A stretch of 64,000 nucleotides of DNA from Epiperipatus broadwayi (Eukaryota > Animalia > Onychophora), in assembly GCA_028023455.1 (NCBI GenBank), contig JAQFVV010000010.1, positions 15,934,001 to 15,998,000 of the forward strand, given 5' to 3'. The notes beneath the pieces are model-generated. The model did no database searches. It saw only the letters and a list, made by a program, of their open reading frames with translations, and had not been told where the DNA came from. The translations under genes and the position numbers were made by a program. Below, one piece after another: positions 55,772 to 64,000 of this stretch (the first letter of the stretch is position 1; the number at the start of each line of letters is the position of its first letter).

Positions 55772-55868
55772 TTAAAATTGGCTTTGCAGAAGTGCATGGT
55801 CGTTTACTAGCTTGTCTACGGGACCTTCGGACACTCAATCTTGTTGTTCGTAATCCTACACAAGACAT
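55772..55868 (-). CDS. FBXO11: F-box only protein 11-like, first coding exon (MSCVGLRTTRLSVRRSRRQASKRPCTSAKPIL + 1 nt)
   Basis: ATG at 55868, 32 open codons plus 1 nt, then a GTAAGT donor. The VRRSRR motif matches my recollection of arthropod FBXO11 N-termini. The phase-1 junction fits the next exon. Confidence 0.7.
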
Positions 55869-56609
55869 TTTAAATCTATAATCCTGGGAAAATCAGGCTA
55901 ATATCTCTAAACGCCTTTCCCCTCGTATCACCATTTAGCCATTTTCCTAGTCTAGCCTTCCACCAATCACATAAGGTAACTTTAGCATGTGATCGTTAAA
56001 ATTATTTCTGCCAATGAAATAGTCGACAAAATTTATGATCATGCGCAAATATTTTTGTTTTTGCAGTGCGTTTGGATTCGAAATCCAGTACATAATCCTA
56101 TTTTTGAGTTACCGCTATATAAATATTGTTTAAATGTTGTTATAATTATGGAAATATTAAATACTATATTGAATACAATTTGTTATAACTATAATAAGTT
56201 GCTTGTAAGTAATATACTTGATTTTTTTTTTTTCTAAAGTTTATTTTTATTTGTTATATTGCAGACGCTAATATCTTCTTATCTTAAATCTCCAAAATTT
56301 GTACTCCTTTGCTTATTAAACATCACTTTTAAGTATAGGCGCGTTTTTTATTTCTTTAATTTATGATATTTATTTAAATAATTTACATATAGAAATTAAA
56401 ATAAATGAAATTTTTATATTATTACAAGATTTGATATTTATTTTATTATTACTAATGGGAGTTATTGCATTTGCAATATAACTAAAAAAAATATTCTAAA
56501 TAATATTAATTTTCACTTTGTTGTAACATTGTGGAAGAAAAATTGCAAAATCGCTTCTAATAAAACTTTTGAAACTGAATTTCAAAACTTATTTCTTTCT
56601 TTGTTGACA

Positions 56610-56623
56610 GTTGCCATAGCAAC
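56610..56623. promoter_or_regulatory. RFX X-box motif GTTGCCATAGCAAC
   Basis: Exact match to the GTNRCC-N(0-3)-RGYAAC consensus, about 740 bp upstream of the FBXO11 ATG, at the edge of a CpG-retaining region. Confidence 0.5.
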
Positions 56624-57830
56624 GCAACAACTTTGCTCGCCTTATTTACAAATTAGCAATACAACTTAACTTTACACTTATCTATAGTTGAAGTTATAAT
56701 ATAAAACTTTCATAATGTTTTTATACATTTTTATTCTAAAAACTTATTTTATTATAGATAACTAATTACTAATATATATCAACAAATATTGATCAGAATT
56801 TTATTAATACTAGCAGGATTTTCCCTTTCTTGGCTATCTAGATTTGTAACTTTTAATATAGGTTTAATTTTATTTTATAATTTATATATAATTGCGCATA
56901 TATATGTGCATATATTGGTGAGAAATGCTTCGATATTAAATTATGATGTACAATCTATTTTTAAAAAATTCAAATAAATGTGTTCAATTTTTTTTTTTTA
57001 AATTTCTAAATAAATATTTTTAAAATTATAAATATTAAAATAATGACGTTAACACGTTTTTCTAAATGCAGAATTATTGTAAAGTTTTTAAACATTTTTA
57101 TTATTATTTTAAAAGTTAACTTTATTATAGGTAATCGATTACTAACATACACAATGTATACACATAACTCTTGACTAATATTTAATACTGGCAGGATCAA
57201 CCCTCCCCCCCCATCCAGATTTTAACTTTTAATCTAGATTTTAACCAAGTTAAATATAATTTTGCAATTGACTTACACAAAGTGCCTAATGCCTAAAATA
57301 ATCTATTTGTAAACGTTGTAAAACTTATTTTTTTGGTTTTAAGGCATACCACCAGGTGGCCTTTAAAAGTAACTGCAAAGCGAATAGGATGGAATTCTTT
57401 TTTTAATTGGAGAAATTAAAAACATATTTAAAATGTTTGGAAATTTCCAATATACAAATAAATGAAAGTGGAATAATAAAAAATATTTAATTGGATTATG
57501 TGAAAAGGACAACAAACACGGTGGTAGTTTCTCCCAAATAAAAAGTACAAAATTGAGTGTCTCACAAAAACGTATACTTTGTATAAAACTACGATCTTTA
57601 AATATTAGTATTACATCTTCACTCAACTCTGTGCCCTATGCAGCTTTCTAGTTTGCCTAATGTTAGCAATGTATAAAGTTAGTAGATAAAGCACTAAAGA
57701 AGTGAAATAAATGTATAAAGAGTATAGATAGACTATTATGAAGATTAGGAAAAGAATGAGTCTGCAACAAAAAAAAAAAAAAATGTAAATCTGCGAAAAA
57801 TTAAAAAAAAAAAAAAAGGTTATATATAAA

Positions 57831-58058
57831 ACCTGTCCATTAAAGCATGAAGATTGGCTATCTTAATATATATTTGAGCACTTATTGCATATATGTGTAG
57901 AGATGATAATCTGGACCAACTGATGATTGCTGGTTTAGCATGAAATACCCACATTTGTGATTATTTATCTTTTCAACGTGTGTGATCAGGTGGGTCAGCA
58001 ATATGAGATGGCACTGAGAGTAGTGGGTCGTGTGAAAGTCTGTGCTCATATACCCTAT
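57831..58058 (+). mobile_element. H1 element, hammerhead decayed (57913-57958)
   Basis: GGACCAA-CTGATGA-TTGC-TGGTTTA-GCAT-GAAA. Inverted relative to 58320-58629. Confidence 0.8.
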
Positions 58059-58319
58059 ATATTATATAAGAATAAAAAATATTAAAATATATACAATAAC
58101 ACTAGGTTAAACTGATTATTAAATGCAAAGTCAGAAGCTTTGGATTCCAGGAAAAAGTAGCAGAAATTGAATAAAAATTTGGAGTGTAGGTGTGATCTAT
58201 ATATGGATGGAAGTGAGAGTGTTGGATATTTATTTTTGGAGTATAGCATAGGATATTGAAAGAGAAAAAACTATAGAGGAATAAATTTTATTTGATTGCA
58301 TTATAAAAAGTGATTAACA

Positions 58320-58629
58320 TATAGGGTATATGAACACAGACTTTCATATGACCACCACTCTCCACACTATCTCATAACACTGAAACACTTGAACACATAT
58401 ATGTTGAAAAGATAAATAATCACCGGTATACATATTTCATGCTAAACCAGCAATCATCAGTTGGTCCAGATTACCATCTCTACGCATATATGTTATGCTA
58501 CAAGTGCTCAGATATATATTAAGATAGTCAAACCTCATACTTTAATAGACAGGCTTCAATCTACTTCACACTCCAACTCTTCAACCGTCCATCCAATGTG
58601 AAAATCTGATGATGGAATGCTCAAAGGCC
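58320..58629 (-). mobile_element. H1 element, near full length, hammerhead decayed (58422-58467)
   Basis: GGACCAA-CTGATGA-TTGC-TGGTTTA-GCAT-GAAA-TATGTA-TA-CCGGT. Confidence 0.8.
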
Positions 58630-59464
58630 AAATAATGTATAAATAGTTTTATATAGATATATACAAATCAATGCATAAAGGAATAAGAAGTAAAAAGAAA
58701 ATATAGAAAAAGACTCAGAATAAATTGTACAGTGAATAAAAGAAACATAAAGACAACAATGAAAGAGATAGGGATTTTTTGTTTGCTTAGGTCTTTGTGA
58801 TGAAAACGAAGAATATAGAGATATGATTATTAGAACAAATAAATAACCTTTATCAAAATAGTGTAGAAGAAAAAAATCAATGCTGGAAGAATAACAAATA
58901 TTTGTAAATAAAGAATAAATAGACAATTTTTTTTATGGTAAACAGTGACTTCAGATGGAGGAATATTTAATTTGAAAATGTAATTTCTAATTCAAACTAT
59001 GCACATGCATTTAAGAGTAAGCCATATTACATCACATTGCATTAGTTATCATTTGATATGAGAAATGATGAGCAAATAAAAAAATGTTTGGAAGATTACA
59101 ATTTACTGATGGAAGAATTGCTACAAGGAATTTTTAATTGGAAAAAAAAGTTGGATAAATTGATTAAAGGAGATGTGAAAATATGCAAAAAATTTAATGA
59201 TAAATACATCTCAATATATCTATACAAAATTCAGAAGGAAATCTAAACTAGAATTGTGAACATGCAATTTGTTAGGGATTGGAATAGAAACTTTTAGTAA
59301 ACAAAATAGTATTAAAAGAAATTTAAAAATCTATATAAAATCCTAACTAGTCTTGAAACAAGATCAATATTGAAGCAGAAGATATTTATATCAGAAGAAA
59401 AAAAAATATTGTTTAAAGTTTAAAGCAGAAAATCTAAAATCAAATGAATGTACTAAGAAGTGGA

Positions 59465-59498
<34 letters not shown>

Positions 59499-59720
59499 AA
59501 TTATTATATTAAAAGTTGTCATATAATTTATGTGAATATGGATAGAAAATGTTGAATATTTTATATTAGAAATTAACTGTTTAATAAAGTTAGTAAGGAA
59601 ATTGTCAATTTGCAGAATTTATATAATAAGAAAGGAATTATGTTAAAAAAATTAATAGGTTTTTTAAAAATAAAGATTTTATTTATAGATTAATAAAATG
59701 CTTAAAATTATGGATGATTT
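58630..59720 (+). mobile_element. Degraded LINE fragment resembling 18480-20800
   Basis: Purine-rich plus strand with an LFKFKA trace near 59410 and RT-like spacing. Very decayed. Confidence 0.35.
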
Positions 59721-61320
59721 CAGGCAAAAAGTAGTTATACTGCCTTGCATGATAGGCAACTTCACATTGTAGTGTGCATGTGAGAATTTATATGCAAACA
59801 GTGAGAATGAGCAGAGACTACTAGAATTGGGATGAATGAGATTTGAGACTGGATCAAAAGGACCTTCATATTTTTTGGATCATGGATCCAGAATTGATTT
59901 TTTTTTTAGGTACATGACTCATATTTGACTCAGCTAAGCATTCAATAATAATCATTAAATAAAATATAGCCATTCTTTGCTACAGAATAAAAGCCTGGTG
60001 TTAATTTGTTGTGGTCAAATATAATGCTAATGTATTGTCTGTAAAAATAAGAAATATGGTTATAATATAGTATGCTGTAGAGAAGATATATTTTTATGAG
60101 CATTGAACTCATGGTTATCTTTATCTTGCAGCTGACATATTCAAGACTGAATTCATCTTCTAGTAGGATGACATTCTACTTTATTTTTACCATAAAAAAG
60201 ATATGAAAACCCTATTTTCACAAAGCATTGATAGGTTACACATCAGTATCATTTTTGATGGCTTTTCTGATCCTCAAACCTTGTACACAGGCAACTATAT
60301 TTATACTGGTCTGATATTGCATCATACTTATGGTACTATACATGTTACCTTGTTGGGGGTGTAAATGTAAAAATACCATTCTGATCAAATTAGTGCATAT
60401 TCTTTGACTCATAGGGCAAATCAGCAAGAAACGAATTATAATAGTCTAGTTCCAACATCATTTAGCGTTCCATGATTTTATTGCTTACAACTTGACTTCT
60501 AGATAAGAATATGCACTAAATATATTTTTCACCTGATGCAACACTAAATTGACACCCCCAAGTTCTATCCCAAAAGACAAATGTATATATAAGCGAAGAA
60601 TGGATGTAAATTTAAATTTTCATTTTTAAGCTTTTAAGTTCGTAGGAAGAAATCATTTTAAATTAATGGATGTGACGATTATATTTATTTATATATGTAA
60701 ATGATAGAAAGATTAATGAATCTTGGTTGATTGTGCAAAATGAGCACATGGTGAATCAGAGAGCTAATAGCATTCAAATAAGCAAAAAAAAATTCCTTTT
60801 TTAATAATAAAATAATGTTTTTTTAATGACCATGATTACGATGCATTGAAATCATATTTGATTTTTTAAAATAATTTTATTCTTTATTTTCTGTTAACAG
60901 TATTTTTATATTATATATCTTAAAAGTCTGTAGATATTAAAAAAAATTTAAGTAGGAGGACTAGGTTTTTATATATATGTAATGCAAGAAAACTACTCTG
61001 AGTAATTTAAAATGTTTAAATTGTATAATATAATTTAATATTAGTCATGTGTAGGGTGCGAAAATACTGAAAGTCAGCTTGGCAAATTTAAAAAAAATTA
61101 TTTGAAAATACAAACTTAAGAGTTTATATTTTTAAGGCATGCGATAATTCCTAAATATAAAATAAGATAAAATTTTACAATATTTAGCTTTTTTTTCTTT
61201 TCCTATTTAAGCTAAAATTTTAAAAAAATTATATTGTTCAAAAGAAACTCTTAATGGTATTTTTAAACAATTATTCGAATTACCAAAATCACACATTTCT
61301 TTATGTTTGCCGTAATATCA

Positions 61321-61553
61321 TATAAATACAATTTATCCAAACTTCAAACACTTTTTAGCAAACTTTATTTGTACATACACCTACGTTTCGACTGACCTGC
61401 AGTCTTCTTCAGAGCCATGATATAATGAACAAAAAACATAACTATATAATAACGCCATAAAAAAATTTTAAACAATAAAAAACTAAAACGTAGGTGTGTG
61501 TACAAATAAAGTTTGCTAAAAAGTGTTTGAAGTTTGGATAAATTGTATTTATA
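61321..61553. repeat. 68-bp near-perfect inverted repeat enclosing an H2 hammerhead
   Basis: 61321-61388 versus 61486-61553, with about one mismatch. Confidence 0.85.
61378..61417 (-). ncRNA. Minimal hammerhead-like motif (H2) with palindromic ACGT stem III
   Basis: GCT-CTGAAGA-A-GAC-TGCAGGTCA-GTC-GAAA-CG-TA. It sits inside a 68-bp inverted repeat. Confidence 0.55.
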
Positions 61554-61624
61554 ATTATTCGAATTGTTGAAAAAATTTGTGAGATTGGATTATCAATATT
61601 TCTCATGCTTAAAATATAATTAAA

Positions 61625-61740
61625 GAATATTTAAACACTGACTTTCAAGATACCTATAGCTATCCACTCCGTCTTATATAACTGATATACATGATCACAA
61701 ATTTGAAAAAGATAAATGATCTCCAATACATGTATTTCGC
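61625..61740 (-). mobile_element. H1 element, 5'-truncated at the GAAA of the hammerhead
   Basis: Minus strand CGAAA-TACATG-TA-TTGGAGATC followed by the shared 3' portion. Confidence 0.7.
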
Positions 61741-62417
61741 TTGACATTATTTTATTCTTATTACGATTTATCTTTGTAAACTTGCTTTTTTTTACGTTTA
61801 TCTGATAATTCTTGTAACATTTCCTAAAACACTGAATCATTGATTACAAAACAATCTCACCATCGGCAAAATATAAAATATTTTAAATAATCTTCACTTA
61901 TTTTTATTTTCTTAGCTTCCCAATTTAATCAATAAAATACTTCTTGTAAAATTACTGTAAAAAGTTCGGCAAATATAAAATCATTATCATGCACCCTTAC
62001 TAATATATAATTTAATAATTATGCTCTCTGGAATTTGTCAAAATCTTATATCTATATTTTGATGTTTCAAAGCTTTAATTATCATGGAAATGCTTTTAAA
62101 ATAAAGTCTTTTCATAATTCATAAATCCAATGTGTAATGATAATTTATATTTAAACTTCTCTAAAATTTTCAAATCCAGTTTTTTTTTTTGGTCAGTTTG
62201 AGCCTAAAGATTTCTGTGAGTTATAAGATCATAATGAGAAACTTGTATAAAAACCACCAAACATCACATGATCGCTATTTCTTATGCTAGCACATTACTG
62301 TTATTAAAACAGGCAAAACTCTCCATATAGTAGTGCCACTCAGTGCCAACCAGAGTAATCAATGGATGCCAGAAGGCTTGTGCATAAAATCCCTATCTAG
62401 TGCCCACTCATCCAATA

Positions 62418-62460
62418 TCCCCAGACTAGTTACTGGCTTGTGGCCTTCATCAGTGAGGAG
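62418..62460 (-). ncRNA. Type I hammerhead motif (H3), GAAA mutated to GTAA
   Basis: TCCTCA-CTGATGA-A-GGC-CACAA-GCC-A-GTAA-CTAG-TC-TGGGGA, with palindromic ACTAGT stem III. Probably inactive. Confidence 0.65.
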
Positions 62461-62876
62461 CTTTGAATATGAGAGCACACGTCAGAAACTAGTCTGGAGG
62501 TATTGGATGAGTAGGCATAAGGATTTTATGCACAAGCCTTCTGGCACTACTGTATGGAGAGTTTTGCCTATTTTAATAACAGTAATGTACTAGCATAAGA
62601 AATAGTGATCATGTGATGTTTGGTGTTTTAACACCAATCCTGCATAATAGGATAATAGTGGCTATGGTTGTTAAAGAGCCAAAGACACCAAAATGTATGG
62701 GTGGGTACTGAACTGGGTTCAGACCCATATGACTATATAAGCTATTGAGCTTAGATTGAAAATATTGTGTTTTCAATTTTGTTCTCATAGTTTTGTAGTT
62801 AAGTAGAGATAAAAGGTGGCTGCTGGAGGGTTGCATTAGATCCTAAGATCTACATGCAGAGCTCTCATATCCAAAG

Positions 62877-62919
62877 TTCCTCACTGATGAAGGCCACAAG
62901 CCAGAAACTTGTCTGGGGA
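62877..62919 (+). ncRNA. Type I hammerhead ribozyme motif (H3)
   Basis: TCCTCA-CTGATGA-A-GGC-CACAA-GCC-A-GAAA-CTTG-TC-TGGGGA. 6-bp stem I (one G.U) and a GUC cleavage triplet. Confidence 0.7.
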
Positions 62920-63299
62920 TATTGGATGAGTAAGCACTAGATAGGGATTTTATGCACAAGTCTTCTGGCATCCATTGATTACTCTAGTTGGCACTGAATG
63001 GCACTACTGTATGGAGAGTTTTGCCTGTTTTACTTTGTGTAAAGCTAATAGGTTTGTAATTTCTAATATCTTTTTAAAATACCAGCATCACTAATGCATT
63101 ATTCCAACCATTTGGTGTATTTTTATCATTTAACTTTGCTGATTTTCCTTTTTTTTTTTATCTATTTTTTTAGGATATTAATATTATTTACATTATTTCC
63201 TTATTTATTTAATGTATGTGTGACTTGTTCATTCAAAATATTTAATAATTCAGAAAATATTATAATTAAAGTGGCTATTTTATTTTTTTGTTCATTATT

Positions 63300-64000
63300 T
63301 CCATATAGTTTTGTAAAACACTTCTACACATTTCATGTTTCTTCCCTCTTTTTAATTATAGTGTCTTTTTTTTTTCTTATTGCTGAAACAACTTTTCTAT
63401 ATATGGCATAATGCTGTGTTATTTTATTCTTGAGACTTTTGTTGTTTCTATAGATTTCTATGCTGATCCATATCTGAATTTCCTTAGTATCTTCATTATC
63501 CGCCCACTCCAACATCATTTTAAAGAATTTCGGATATTCAGTTCTTTTAAATAGATCATTTCAAAATATTTTTCTATCATTTGTTTTCTTCATACATTGT
63601 TTTATCTTAGTTAAAAATTTATTGATGAATTGATGATTTTTTTGTACTAACTATCTATGTAACTGATTTTAGTAAAATATTAGTTATCTTCCTATTTAAT
63701 TCATTAAAGTCTGAGCCATCATTGAAATCTGTTAATATATTACAATGGTTTGCAAATTCTAGTTTAAATTCATTAAGTTGTTCTGAAAGTTAAACATCAT
63801 CCTTTAATTTGTATCTATGGAATCTTCATTGTCATCTGTAATTACTGTGCTGACCTCTTCATAAATAATTTTGAAAATCAAGTATTAAATGCAACTACTA
63901 AGAAATCTATTTGTTTCAGATATATGAATGATTCATTTGTTATATAGCCTCATGGTATTGATGCCTTGAACTCTTTTCTTGTTTTGCTTAATGATTGGCA
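63300..64000 (-). mobile_element. Possible hAT transposase C-terminal remnant
   Basis: LSEQLNEFK...YPKFFK...IWISIE resembles the hAT dimerisation region. Weak. Confidence 0.3.

Larger units (their letters stand above)
54420..56650. promoter_or_regulatory. CpG-retaining 5' region, probable FBXO11 promoter
   Basis: CG dinucleotides are visibly much more frequent here than in the flanking CpG-poor DNA (not counted). The region spans the first coding exons. Confidence 0.4.
62251..63030. mobile_element. H3 element cluster: one inverted and two direct copies
   Basis: 62251-62476 (minus), about 62476-62630 (plus, partial) and about 62860-63030 (plus) share near-identical sequence. Confidence 0.8.

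Noticed and set aside
891-63518. The many 60-130 aa F/I/L/Y-rich ORFs in the ORF track
   Set aside because: Their composition is what random AT-rich or antisense-to-TE sequence produces, and they show no domain motifs.

Overview
This window is AT-rich eukaryotic DNA (roughly three-quarters A+T by eye), probably from a large-genome arthropod; the host is inferred, not identified. One host gene is recognisable. Two N-terminal coding exons of an FBXO11-like F-box gene lie on the minus strand (55868-55772 and 54634-54425), with phase-compatible GT-AG sites; neither exon appears in the ORF track. I could not find the F-box exon, so bases 1-54424 are probably one intron longer than 54 kb. The rest is mostly transposon debris: a degenerate full-length Gypsy element with 5-bp TSD, several LINE fragments, two Penelope-like remnants, two hAT fragments, Helitron-like repeats and seven copies of a short tRNA-Gly-derived SINE. 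The main hidden signal is about 20 type I hammerhead-ribozyme motifs in three families (H1, H2, H3). They sit in non-coding, 5'-truncated, often fold-back elements with Penelope-like architecture. One H1 copy with an intact core, and a second with an intact core but damaged stem I, lie sense within the FBXO11 intron. All alignments, folds and family assignments were made by eye, without BLAST, Infernal or folding software. Most TE boundaries are approximate.
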